DNA of 64,000 nucleotides, taken from NCBI RefSeq assembly GCF_011745625.1, contig NW_027191473.1:186001-250000 (forward strand), in the 5' to 3' direction. Both the position numbers and the translations under genes were made by a program. Below the pieces are notes generated by a model. The model saw only the letters and a program-made list of their open reading frames with translations. It had not been told where the DNA came from and searched no databases. Numbering within the stretch: position 1 is the first letter of the stretch; every line of letters begins with the position of its first letter. Shown here in pieces: positions 47,830-58,423 of this stretch. This stretch comes from Cladosporium halotolerans. Taxonomy: Eukaryota.

Positions 47830-48911
47830 GGTAGGCGTTGTGGGGGAATTGGGGTTGGGATAAAGATTGAAGGGGGAGGTGTGTGGTCAAGGTGATGCGG
47901 TTTGCTTGCGCATGGTCGGTGGAGATGCTTTTCTTTCTGGGACGAGTGTATGAGTAACGATAGGAGTTCGAATACGTGAGCTATCAAGGCAGCTTTGACC
48001 TGCTTGTCCAGCAGAAACACAAGTGTTACGCTTCAGCCTTCGCGGTACAAGTGGAAAATTCAGCTAATGTATCGGGTGCTGGCTCGGTACAGTGGGATCT
48101 TGATTAAACGCTAGAACAAAAGGTTGCTTTGCAAATATAACGCGTGCTCCATAACACTCACATTGCGTTCAGGCGACGAACGCGCCAATCTCAAAGCCTG
48201 GGCGGAAACCCTCTCCGATCACCTCATGCTTTGAAAGTGTGGTGGAACCCATGACTGTCCTGCGAGTGGGCGTACTAAATACGCAAAAGTTACACAACAA
48301 TCGCATGCACCAAAGCATCACAACAATCCGGCTGGAAGACCTGTGACGTCCACCCATGCGTGCGTCGGGTGGCAGAGCTAGGCTTTGCAACGCGTTCAAC
48401 CTGGCGCGGCATAGGCGCTAATACGCAAAGTCTTCACTTCTGTACGGTAAGCGGAAGAGCGGGAGCTGTAAGAAGGAGGAGCGTCAATGCGTAATCGTCC
48501 TGAGCTCGCGGGACGATGCGAGCACCGAAGGTGCTGGTGTCCAGGAGCTCGAAATCCGATTAATGGAAGCTGAGCGGCCTTGCAGCAGGATCCACGTGTG
48601 TTAACTGCGGAGCTGCCTTCTGGTGATGCATACCGTCGAGGACGTGGCTGGGTCAGGAAGACAAAGCTGATGCCTTTCGTGGCATTCCTGAGATACAGCT
48701 TGACCTACCCGCAGAACTACTGCTAAGGTACCGAAAGAAATTGTCGAGACGAAGCTGGATGATAGGCATGAAGCAGGACAGAGGTCCATGTATTCCATCG
48801 TGTCTCTCGATCGGCAGACGCGGTCGTGGTAACAGAAGTTGAAGAGCGCTGGAAGCTTTGCAGGAGGATCTCTCCATAAGAGATATGTCGTCAGCAAAGG
48901 CTCGGAAAGGT

Positions 48912-50882
48912 TCATCCAGACGCTTTCTTTGACTGCTTCTTGAACGCGGCATCGAGATTGCCTTGGCTCGCCTCTCTTTTCCGGCCCCTGGTATTCCTTG
49001 AACCCGCATCCGTGCTCGACGCTTTGTCGCCGGAAGGCTTCTTCTCAGGAGGCGATTTCTGCTCAGTCTTCTCATCGCCATCAGCATCCTCCCAAGTGTC
49101 CAACCCACCAGGTCCCCCTTTCGTTCCCTGAGTCGGACCCTCAGCATCGTTCCCAAACAGAGACTTCCAGCTGCCGTCCATGACTTTCGGATCATTACCG
49201 TACAAACCAACATGATAAGCGTTCTTCATGCCAGCCAAGCAAATATCCCTCTGCACGTTAAAATCGAACATCGGCTTAGGGTACAGCTTCAGCCCGTCCT
49301 TCTCCTCCTCGCTCCCGTCCCCGTCAATCCTCACGCCGGCCTTCTTCTGATCCGCAATCGGCGCCTTGTGCGGTTCGTAGATGAACTTCTTCGGCACATC
49401 TTTCAGCTCCGGCACGTATTTCCGAACATACTCTCCCTCAGGATCCCACTTCTTCCCAAACGCTACGGGGCTGTAGCAGCGGTAGAACTGCGCGTAGAAC
49501 GCCGTGCAGCTCAGCCACTGCCAGTTGCCGATGTTGCACGCGGCCTCGTGGTCGACGAGCAGCTCCTCGAAGACCTCCGCGCCGCGCTCCCAGCTGACGT
49601 AGCAGCCGCCGCGCGTCAGGAAGCACGCGACTGAGTGCCGCGCGAGGTGGTGAATCCAGCCTTCGGAGCGTAGCTGGCGCATGATCGCGTCGATCCAGGG
49701 GAAGCCGGTTTTGCCATGCGCCCAGCGCTGGAACCAGGCTTCTTTCTCGTCGTCGTCGATTTCGTAGTCGCCGGTTACGAGTTTGGTCTCCACGTCGACT
49801 TTGGAGGGGAGGTGCCACGGGATGAAGCGGCAGTGGGAGTTGTTGTATGTTTGGCCAAAGGACCAGCCCAGCGCGGCTTGCGCGGCGAAGTACATGTCGC
49901 GGAAAAGTAGTTGGCCAGTTAAGGATGTCGGTGGCTCACTGACCGGCTGCTTGGCCTTCTTGCGCTTCTCGACGATGTCTAGTGAACGGTGATAGAGGTA
50001 CCTGCAGCTCAATGCGCCAAAGTGCAGATACGGAGACGTCAAAAGCGTCGATTGTGGTTCGAATGCAGCCGGAGATGTGTTTGGTTTCTCGAACGTGCCG
50101 ACATAGGCCTCGTCAGAAAAGATGCGATCTTCCAACCGCTTCAAGATCACGCTCTCGCCTCCTCGTATAGATGTAGTAGCAGGCTTGAGCCCAAGCTCCT
50201 CAAACGCAGGCGGAGAAAAGTCCCCTTGAGGTCCTGCCAAACCAGACGAATAAGACTTCTCCTCATCATCCCTGTGGTGCGCATTGATATCCTCCTTCCC
50301 ATCAGGCCTCTTCTGTTCCAGCTCCTCCAGCTTCATCTCGCCTGGATCAGGCAACGTCTTCGGCGCCTCAATCGGCCTCTCAATCTCTCCCACCTTCGCG
50401 CCCGCGGCCTGCAGCTGCCCCAAACTCATCGTCGGCTTGCCATTGTTCCTCTTCACAACCTCCTCACTATCCCAAAGCGTCCTCCCACTCCTAACAACAA
50501 CCTCCACGCCCGCATCCTCCGCCATCCTCTTCACCTTCTCGTCCCTCTCGCGCCCATACGCATCCGTATCCTTCTCGAACACCAAATGCGTGATGCCCCA
50601 CGCCTTCCACAGCTTCGGCAGCAGCGTGACGGCCGGCTCTCTCAGAACAAACAGCTTGCTCTTCGCGTTCAGCCTCGTGATGCTCGCGCTCACGTCGCGC
50701 TGGCAGTCGAGCAGGAACTGCCAACGGTTCGGGCCCACGCGCGCGTGGAAGACGTAGTGGCTGTCCCAGCACCAGATCGGGTAGAAGGCTTCGGGCTTGA
50801 GGTCGAGCGCTGCCTGAAGGGCGGGCGAGTCGTGCAGGCGCAGGTCGGTGCGGAACCAGTAGATTACGCGGGGGGAGGGCAT
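48912..50882 (-). CDS. (6-4) photolyase / cryptochrome family protein
   Basis: WFRTDLRLHDSPAL, NRWQFLL, SPYLHFGALS, GKTGFPWIDAIMRQL..EGWIHHLARHSVACFLTRG (the two His of 6-4 photolyases), NIGNWQWLS, YVPEL, IYEP. Confidence 0.93.
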   Translation of the reverse strand: MPSPRVIYWFRTDLRLHDSPALQAALDLKPEAFYPIWCWDSHYVFHARVGPNRWQFLLDCQRDVSASITRLNAKSKLFVLREPAVTLLPKLWKAWGITHLVFEKDTDAYGRERDEKVKRMAEDAGVEVVVRSGRTLWDSEEVVKRNNGKPTMSLGQLQAAGAKVGEIERPIEAPKTLPDPGEMKLEELEQKRPDGKEDINAHHRDDEEKSYSSGLAGPQGDFSPPAFEELGLKPATTSIRGGESVILKRLEDRIFSDEAYVGTFEKPNTSPAAFEPQSTLLTSPYLHFGALSCRYLYHRSLDIVEKRKKAKQPVSEPPTSLTGQLLFRDMYFAAQAALGWSFGQTYNNSHCRFIPWHLPSKVDVETKLVTGDYEIDDDEKEAWFQRWAHGKTGFPWIDAIMRQLRSEGWIHHLARHSVACFLTRGGCYVSWERGAEVFEELLVDHEAACNIGNWQWLSCTAFYAQFYRCYSPVAFGKKWDPEGEYVRKYVPELKDVPKKFIYEPHKAPIADQKKAGVRIDGDGSEEEKDGLKLYPKPMFDFNVQRDICLAGMKNAYHVGLYGNDPKVMDGSWKSLFGNDAEGPTQGTKGGPGGLDTWEDADGDEKTEQKSPPEKKPSGDKASSTDAGSRNTRGRKREASQGNLDAAFKKQSKKASG

Positions 50883-51280
50883 GGTTGTGGGAAGTTGGAT
50901 TGGATCGCTAGGGCAGTGTTTCCGAGGGCGGCGAACGAGTGTAGTGTCGTGATTAAGGGAGTAAGGAAAGCGTGTTTAGAAAGGAAGAATTTACCTTACA
51001 TTGAGAGTTACGGGGACGGGGGGAGTGCTATTGCTGCCAATATTGGGCGTGCATGCGCATGCGCGGTGTAGGTCACAAAACAGAGTTTCGCGTTCCTGAG
51101 AAGTGGTGATGACATTGTTCCCAGCCCCAGAAAATCGCAGGGGCCGATCTTGCAGATCGATCGTTCCCAAACTTTCGCTGCGATTGATCCAACGCAGAGC
51201 ACGATCTTGGCCATTCGAACACTTGCGAGTGGAGGTGTACAGTTCATGGCTTTTCATGACGGAGTATCTTCAATGCGACT

Positions 51281-52528
51281 TTACTTTAAGCTCCACTGGC
51301 CATCCTTCTCGACAATCTCAATGCTCCTGCCCTCGTCCAAGCTTCTCCTGCCAGCCTCCAGAATCGCACCGGTAGCGATAGTGTTCTTGAGAGTCGGCAG
51401 ACCCATCTTGTCCAGGTCGTCAAGCGACTTCCTACCCTCCTTAAGCGCCTGCACGCCATTGACGAACTTCTCGAAGCTCACGTAGCCATAGCCACCCTGG
51501 CCTGCGAAGTTGCCCTCCTCGTCTGCAGCGTACTTCATGTAGAAGGGGTTGAGGTGGAACAAGCCCGCCTCGTCGTCGGCCAGCTCGTAGCCGCGCTTGG
51601 CCTGGTTGACACGCACCTCGCCCTTGGACGCCATGAAGTGAAAGTACTGGTTGGAGTGCACGCCGGCCTTCTGCGGCGCAGTCCACGACGAGGTGTACAC
51701 GCCCGTCGCGCGGCGGCCGGAGCCGTCCTTCTTTTCCCAATCGACGAGCAGCGTGATGGTGTCCTCGGTCTCCGGGACGCAGCCGAGGTCGGTCGCGATG
51801 CCCTTGGAGGCGCTGGCGGTGACCTTGGTGGGCCGGTAGTCGGGGACCATGCTCTCGTTGACGTCGATGTGGTGGCTGTTGAGGTAGTAGGAGATGTCGC
51901 TGTCCTTGCCAGCCCAGGCCTTGAAGGTCTCGAGCTGCGACTTCGGCTGGCTCATGTAGCTGTAGAAGTAGTTGAACTCGCCCAGAAGGCCCCTGGTGGC
52001 GCGATCGCGAGCGTCGGCGTAGGCTGGGTCGAAGCGCTTGTGGTGCTCGATGTAGACGAAGACATTGTTCTTCTTGGCTGCCTCGATAAGGTTTTGGTGC
52101 TCGCTGAGGAGCTTTACAGCGGGCTTGGTGATCATGACGTGGATCTTGCGCTCAATGGCATAGAGGGCGATGGGGTAGTGTGTAGGGTCGGGAGTGAAGA
52201 TGGTGATTGCGTCGCCAGGCGAAAGCGCGTCAATGGCGGTCTTGTAGGCCTCGGGGTCGCGCTGGTCGTTCGCCGGGTAGGACTCGAAAGAAGTATCAAG
52301 GCCATTGTAGAAGTCTGTGATGTTCTTCTTGAGGTGCTCGCGGATCGCAGGGAACTTGCTTCCAGACGTGCCAACCATGGACAGGTTACCGACCTTGCCT
52401 CGTCGACGCAGATCGAAGAGAGTCAGACCAACAACACCAACCTTCTTGTCACTGCCTGATGCTCCGCCGCCAACGAAGCCTGTGGTGTACTCGCCGGTAC
52501 CCACCATGAGCACGTTGAGAGGTGCCAT
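51281..52528 (-). CDS. gaaA: D-galacturonate reductase (Gfo/Idh/MocA family)
   Basis: VLMVGTGEYTTG, SDKKVGVVGLTLFDLRRRGKV, EHHKRFDPAY, SQPKSQLETF, WTAPQKAGVHSNQYF closely match A. niger GaaA as recalled. Divergent from gaaC, as is known for this pair. Confidence 0.92.
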   Translation of the reverse strand: MAPLNVLMVGTGEYTTGFVGGGASGSDKKVGVVGLTLFDLRRRGKVGNLSMVGTSGSKFPAIREHLKKNITDFYNGLDTSFESYPANDQRDPEAYKTAIDALSPGDAITIFTPDPTHYPIALYAIERKIHVMITKPAVKLLSEHQNLIEAAKKNNVFVYIEHHKRFDPAYADARDRATRGLLGEFNYFYSYMSQPKSQLETFKAWAGKDSDISYYLNSHHIDVNESMVPDYRPTKVTASASKGIATDLGCVPETEDTITLLVDWEKKDGSGRRATGVYTSSWTAPQKAGVHSNQYFHFMASKGEVRVNQAKRGYELADDEAGLFHLNPFYMKYAADEEGNFAGQGGYGYVSFEKFVNGVQALKEGRKSLDDLDKMGLPTLKNTIATGAILEAGRRSLDEGRSIEIVEKDGQWSLK

Positions 52529-52786
52529 GTTTATCTGTTATGAGCTGTGAATTCTCCTACTCTTTACTTCCTACTCTGCTTGCTGGATCGACTGTTGAAG
52601 CGCGTGTAAAAGAGAAGCGGGTGATGGATAGGGAGTAAGAAAAGGTGAGAGTGAAGAGAAAGGAGAAATCACCAGCAGCGAATGCCTACTTACCCTAGCG
52701 AGCGCCAATATGCTGTACGATGGCGAGACTGGTGAACATTTGCTGGGCAAACGCCGACGAGCCGGCGCAAACGTCGCCAATTGTCC

Positions 52787-52870
52787 GTGGGGCAGCGCGG
52801 GGCAGACAGCCACCCCACCAAGCGCCACCCAAGACGCCTCTCACTGGTGGAAGAGGCAGTTTTTCCACCA
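52787..52870. promoter_or_regulatory. gaaA-gaaC bidirectional promoter core: CreA-type sites, GARE-like CCACCAA, inverted TCCACCA repeat
   Basis: GTGGGG 52787, GCGGGG 52797, CCCCAC 52813; CCACCAA 52815-52821; TGGTGGAA-N10-TTCCACCA 52845-52870. Confidence 0.5.
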
Positions 52871-53247
52871 CTCAGCGGGTCAGCAGGCTCTAGCGGCCTC
52901 AGGGCAGAGGCCGGGTCGGGGTCTGGTGTTCGCTGAAAAGTGGCCCGAGGTGCTGTTTTGGGCTGTCGTCCAAGCAGTCCAAGGCGGCCCTGACGGGGTT
53001 GCCAGTGCCGTGGGAGCCATGTTGCGTGACTTCCGGCTAGTAGTCGAGGTACATGAGAAGAGTAAAATCATCCGTCCGGTAAAAGTGCAAGCCTTTCGCT
53101 CTTAATCTATTTTCCCAATTCCTTCTTTCCCAATCCATCCAGGCATTGCACCATCGGTAGAGCTCATACGTTCTCGCAGCCACATAGTCCCTATCAGATC
53201 AGTCACAGCAGGAGCAGCTTCGAAATCATACCAGAATCACGAACATC

Positions 53248-54271
53248 ATGGCGACTAACGGCTCCGCTCGCACTCCTCTGCGCCATGGCATCTGCGCCCC
53301 GACCATGACCTTTTTCAACCCCGAGACCGAGGATCTTGATATCCCCACAATCAAGAAGCATGCCGTCCGTCTCGCTCAAGCCGGTCTCGTCGGCCTCGTA
53401 ACAATGGGCTCTAACGGCGAGGCCGTCCACATGACCAACGAAGAGCGATCAGCCGTAACTAAGGCGACCCGTGAAGCCCTCGACGAGGCCGGCTTCAAAG
53501 ACGTCCCGGTCATCGCTGGCGCCAGCGACAACAGCATTCGCGGCGCCGTGCTGCTGTGTAAGGAGGCCGCCGCTGCCGGTGCCGAGTACGCTCTGATCCT
53601 GCCGCCTTCGTACTACAGGGCGCAGTCGAGCGAGGCCCTGATCTTTGAGTACTTCACCAGCGTTGCGGAGCAGAGCCCGATCCCTATCATGCTGTACAAC
53701 TACCCCGGCGCGGTGTCTGGCGTCGACATGGATTCGGATTTCATGATCAGACTGGCGGAGGCGACGAACGGCAAAGTTTGCGGTGCTAAGTTCACGTAAG
53801 TTGATCCAACACAGCGATTCAGCCAGACAAGATCACTAATACCGTCACAGCTGCGGCCAAACCGGCAAGCTCACCCGCGTAGCCTCCGCCACCAACGCCG
53901 TCAGCGTCAAGTCTGCCGGCAGCGGCTGGATGGCGTACGGCGGCATCGCCGACTTCACCGTGCAGACCGCGGTGTCCGGCGGCAGCGGCATCATCGCCGG
54001 CGGCGCCAACGTGCTGCCCAAGCTGTGCGTCAAGGTCTGGAACCTGTGCACGGAGGGCAAGTACGAGGAGGCCATTGAGCTACAGAAGGTGCTGAGCAAG
54101 TGCGACTGGGTGCTTACCAAGTCCGCCATCGCGGGCACCAAGGCGGCGATCGAGCTCGAGTACGGCTACGGTGGCTTCCCCAGGCGTCCGCTGCAGAGGC
54201 TGAGCGAGGAGGAGAGGCAGAAGATCAAGAAGGGTATTGCCGACGCGATCGCGATTGAGAAGACACTGTAG
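53248..54271 (+). CDS. gaaC: 2-keto-3-deoxy-L-galactonate aldolase (DHDPS/NAL family), 2 exons
   Basis: GLVTMGSNGEA, LPPSYY, LYNYPG (catalytic Tyr), GAKFTCG (Schiff-base Lys, across intron 53796-53850), GGANVLPK, YGGFPRRPL. Confidence 0.92.
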
Positions 54272-54341
54272 CCGGTTTGTGGAAGCGCTTCTTTGATGTA
54301 TCTATGATGATTCTTAAATGAGACTGAGGGTATACATGGGT

Positions 54342-54971
54342 TTACAGAAGGTCCGCAAGAGTGGCTCCGTAGTAGACCATGGCAAATGTGCCCAGCAGGT
54401 TGAGGGCAGATGAGACGCCGTGGAGCTTGCCGAAGCTCGAATTGAGTCTCTGCATTTCGGCGCTCTTGGGGCCCGGGTCGTAGTACTTCTTTCCGTCTTT
54501 CGTCTCTGCGAAACGAGTCAGTATGCCCCTCTAGTGGAGCGTTTCCTTGTCCTCTCTTCATCTCTTACCCTGGTGTTTCCTCTCCTTCATGACCTTCGTC
54601 GTCGCCGGGCCAAACACAAGCAAGTTCGCCGCGCTCGTCGCAAACATAATCGCGACCGGCACGCCCGCTGTCAACAAGCTGTTCTCCGAGAAGATGCCCC
54701 AGAATCCAGCGTTCTGTGTGACCTCGCGTCCCGCGACCGCTGCGACGCGCTCACCAGGCCATGTCAACGCGAGCGCGATCGGGAGCACGGTCTGGAAGGT
54801 GAAGTAGGGCGGAAAGATGGCTTGCTGGAGTACGGAGAACGAGGGGCGTGGGAGCGCTTTGAAAGCGAGCGGGCCGGCAAGGAAGGTCTGGAAGAGGTTG
54901 CTGCCGAGAAGGGTGCCGTAGGTGAGGATGTGGTAGGCTTTGGGATCGTTGAAGGAGGCGAGAGAAGGCAT
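54342..54971 (-). CDS. TMEM205/DUF4149-like membrane protein, 2 exons
   Basis: HILTYGTLLG, FKALPRPSFSVLQQAIFPPYF, NLLVFGPATTKVMKER. After the intron (~54568-54507): ETKDGKKYYD..LNSSFGKLHGVSSALN; TAA at 54342. Confidence 0.85.
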
Positions 54972-55315
54972 GGTTGCAATCTAGGGTTGACAGCAGGAGT
55001 GGAGGAAGAAGGAAATCGGGAGACTTGGATCCCTACGGAGGTTCAATGCCCGTTCGGAGGGAAGTATATCGTCGGACTTCATATTGATCGGCGGGGCCGT
55101 GGTAGACGTCACTACTGTTTCAAGGGAAGCTGTGAAGTGAAGGGATGCGTATGTGACAGACCGCTGCGTACCTCTCTGTCTTGAGACGCGCCGCTCCACG
55201 AAAGTCGCGTCTCGCTGCCTGAAACGCCAGCCAACTTCGCTATATGGGACTGTCGCCCGCCACTTCCACCGTCCAAGATGAAATATTGGATTGCGCTTGA
55301 AACACCACAATAATC

Positions 55316-57505
55316 ATGGCGAGCAAAGAGGCCACTGTCTACATTGTAGACGTTGGTTCGTCTATGGGGGAGACCAGCAGTGGCCGTCAAGAAACCAATC
55401 TCGACTTCGCCTTGCAATATGTCTGGGACAAGATCACCACTACGGTCGCCACTGGCCGGAAAACCGCAATGGCCGGAGTCGTTGCATTGAGGAGCGATGA
55501 CACAAAGAACGAGCTCGAGGGTGATGAAGCTTACCAGCATATCAGCATCCTGCAGGAAATCTCTCAGATTCAGATGGCCGAGCTTCGTAGACTCCGGGAC
55601 GAGCTGGTCATTAGCGAAACTGACGCTGGAGATGCTGTTTCAGCGCTCATCATTGCCATCCAGATGATCGTGCGGCAATGTAAACAGTTGAAGTACATTC
55701 GCAGGATCGTGCTCGTAACGGATGCGAAGATGCACATGGAAACGGCGGATCTCAGCCAGATCGCCAAGAAGATCAACGACGACAGCATCGAGCTTGTTGT
55801 TTTGGGAGTAGATTTTGACGATGCTGAGTACGGTGTGAAGGAAGAAGACAAGGATCCCGTCAAGGCAAACAATGAAGCGATCCTCAAGCAACTTTGTGAG
55901 GACTGCAATGGCGTTTACGGTACGCTGACTCAAGCTGTGGACGAGCTGAAGATTCCAAGGACGAAAGACACAAAACCAGTACCATCGTATAAAGGATCTT
56001 TGTCGCTTGGAAACGCTGAAGCTTACGACACCGCGATCACCATCAACATTGAACGGTATCCGAAGACTATGGTTGCCGCTGCACCATCAGCAAGTCAATT
56101 TGTTGTCCGAAATGACTTGGAAGCCACACAGACCATGGAAACGACCGAAGGAGACGAAGGCGCAGCATCCTCAAACAATGGGCTTGCGGCTGTGCATACT
56201 GCGCGAACCTATCAAGTCGATGACGAAAACGCACCGGGCGGAAAGAAAGACATAGATCGCGACGAACTCGCCAAAGGCTACGAGTACGGCCGCACAGCTG
56301 TCCACATATCTGAGAGCGATCGCAACATCACGACTTACGAAACAACACAGAGCCTCGACGTCATCGGTTTCGTCGATGCGCACAAGTACGACAGGTACAC
56401 AGACATGTCGAGGACGAACGTAATCATTGCCGAGCGGACAAACGACAAAGCTTACATGGCCTTGTCTTCGTTCATTCATGCACTCTACGAGCTCGAGTCA
56501 TATGCCGTAGCTCGCCTTGTCACCAAAGACAACAAAGAACCACGCATTCTCCTGCTGCAGCCTGCGATCGAGCCGGAGTTCGAATGTCTGTACGACGTAG
56601 AGCTTCCGTTCGCGGAAGACGTCCGCTCCTACAAGTTCCCGCCTCTTGACAAGGTTGTCACCGTAAGCGGCAAGGAACTGACTGTCCACCGCACTCTACC
56701 TTCCGACGAGCTTCAAGATGCGATGAGCGAGTATGTTGACAGCATGGATCTGTCCACGTTCGGTAAAGACGACGAAGGGGAGCCCGCCGAGTATGCTCCT
56801 CTCGAAGAGACGTTCAGTCCGAAGCTTCACCGCATAAACCAGGTCATCAAACACCGGGCCATCTTCCCTGACAAAGAGCCGCCCGAGCCCTACGAGATCT
56901 TGCTTCGCTACGCCAACCCTCCCTCAGATCTTGTGCAGCAAGCTGCACCAGCTCTGGAGCGGGTGATAGCAGCCGCCGACGTCAAGAAAGTACCACCCAA
57001 AGCCCGCGGCAAACGTCAAAAGGGCAAGGAAGCTCCGAAGCCGATCTCCAGCCTCGACATCGACAGTCTGTTGGACAGCGGAAAGGAGCCAGGGCGCAGC
57101 ATGGAACGCATTGATCCTAAGAACGCGGTGCCCGAGTTCAAGCGGATGTTCGACAAGGCTTTCGACAACGGCGACATGGACGGCGTTCAGAATGCTTGCA
57201 ACCAGCTGAAGCTGATCATTTTCGATCGCGTCAAGCATTCGGTCGGCAACAGTGGCTACCAGAGCGCTTTGGAGCTCATGGGCGCGATGCGGGAGAGATG
57301 CATTGAGAATGATGTCCCGAATGCTTACAACGACTTTGCGCGCGAACTGAAGACCAGGGCTTTGAAGGAAGAGCTCGATGGTGACAGAAGGGATTTCATG
57401 GTGGAGGTACGGAATCACAGAATGGGGCTGATCGTGCTCGTTAAGGACGACCACGGTGGAGTCACTGAGGAAGAAGGAAAAGAATATGCGCGGTTAAAGT
57501 TGTAA
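55316..57505 (+). CDS. KU80: Ku80, NHEJ DNA end-binding subunit
   Basis: 729-aa ORF with MASKEATVYIVDVG (vWA), LAKGYEYGRTAVHI, ALSSFIHALYEL, LPFAEDVRSYKFPPL and a Ku C-terminal region. Confidence 0.97.
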   Translation: MASKEATVYIVDVGSSMGETSSGRQETNLDFALQYVWDKITTTVATGRKTAMAGVVALRSDDTKNELEGDEAYQHISILQEISQIQMAELRRLRDELVISETDAGDAVSALIIAIQMIVRQCKQLKYIRRIVLVTDAKMHMETADLSQIAKKINDDSIELVVLGVDFDDAEYGVKEEDKDPVKANNEAILKQLCEDCNGVYGTLTQAVDELKIPRTKDTKPVPSYKGSLSLGNAEAYDTAITINIERYPKTMVAAAPSASQFVVRNDLEATQTMETTEGDEGAASSNNGLAAVHTARTYQVDDENAPGGKKDIDRDELAKGYEYGRTAVHISESDRNITTYETTQSLDVIGFVDAHKYDRYTDMSRTNVIIAERTNDKAYMALSSFIHALYELESYAVARLVTKDNKEPRILLLQPAIEPEFECLYDVELPFAEDVRSYKFPPLDKVVTVSGKELTVHRTLPSDELQDAMSEYVDSMDLSTFGKDDEGEPAEYAPLEETFSPKLHRINQVIKHRAIFPDKEPPEPYEILLRYANPPSDLVQQAAPALERVIAAADVKKVPPKARGKRQKGKEAPKPISSLDIDSLLDSGKEPGRSMERIDPKNAVPEFKRMFDKAFDNGDMDGVQNACNQLKLIIFDRVKHSVGNSGYQSALELMGAMRERCIENDVPNAYNDFARELKTRALKEELDGDRRDFMVEVRNHRMGLIVLVKDDHGGVTEEEGKEYARLKL

Positions 57506-57664
57506 TTGAATGAGCGGAAAAGCAGTCATGCTGCTATGAGATACCCTTCTGCGCCTGTAAATGTGTCGAAACGCAAGTTTTGCGAACCTGCAAGATACAA
57601 GTACATGATTTGTATGTCGATGACGAACAGTCGAAAATACCCATCCTTAATATGGGTACTATGG

Positions 57665-58423
57665 TCATTTACGTGGTTGCACTGACATCCGCGGAGACGG
57701 CATTTCAACAGGAGTAGGATCATAGGTCCAAGCACCCGGATCGAACTTGTCCCCGGTATCAGAAGTCCTTACCTTCAATACGCTAGTCCCAGAGGGAGCC
57801 CAGAAGCCGTGGGCATCCAGCTGGGATTCGGCTTCCACGGCGACATTTGGCTGCCACAAAGAACTGTTCTTGCATGCTTCCAGCTGTTCGTTTCTTGAAA
57901 CGGAGTCAGTGAGCTGACGAGGCGACGGGACTTCGACCGGCGTCGGATCGTAAGACCAAACGGCTGGATCGAAGTGATCGTTGGTATCGCTCTCCCTCAC
58001 ATTCGAGGCATTGGCACTCGATGGCGCCCAGAAGCCGTGAGCGTCGACTTGCGGCTTGATCTCCGGAGCGATATTTGGCCGCCACATGGAATCACTGCTG
58101 ATCGAAGACTCAATCTTGCTCAGCTCTGTAGCCTTCCACGACGAAGGCGGCTCGGGCACCTTCTCAACAAAAGTCCACTGCACGAGCTTGCCATTGATCC
58201 CTGCAGCCGGCTGCGGTAGATGGATTGCACTGCTCTCAGTCGATTTCGACGCCATTTCTCGAATCTTGGACTGCCGGGCCACCAGTCCGCTGATGGAAGT
58301 CTTAAGCTTGGCGAGCTCGGTGTCCATCAAGGTCCGTGATTCGTGAATGCTTTTTTCTTGAGTATGGAGCTTGTCAAGGAGCGCCTTGAACGCAGTGTTC
58401 TGGTTGTTGTTCTGAGTCAGCAT
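57665..58423 (-). CDS. Hypothetical protein: N-terminal coiled coil plus two ~62-aa Trp/Pro repeats
   Basis: ATG at 58423; ~252 aa. The internal duplication has a 228-nt period and preserves frame and residues. Confidence 0.65.
   Translation of the reverse strand: MLTQNNNQNTAFKALLDKLHTQEKSIHESRTLMDTELAKLKTSISGLVARQSKIREMASKSTESSAIHLPQPAAGINGKLVQWTFVEKVPEPPSSWKATELSKIESSISSDSMWRPNIAPEIKPQVDAHGFWAPSSANASNVRESDTNDHFDPAVWSYDPTPVEVPSPRQLTDSVSRNEQLEACKNSSLWQPNVAVEAESQLDAHGFWAPSGTSVLKVRTSDTGDKFDPGAWTYDPTPVEMPSPRMSVQPRK

Noticed and set aside
48169..48915. Possible degraded gene between the Pro-rich gene and the photolyase
   Set aside because: Short ORFs with no recognisable motif and no consistent splice model.
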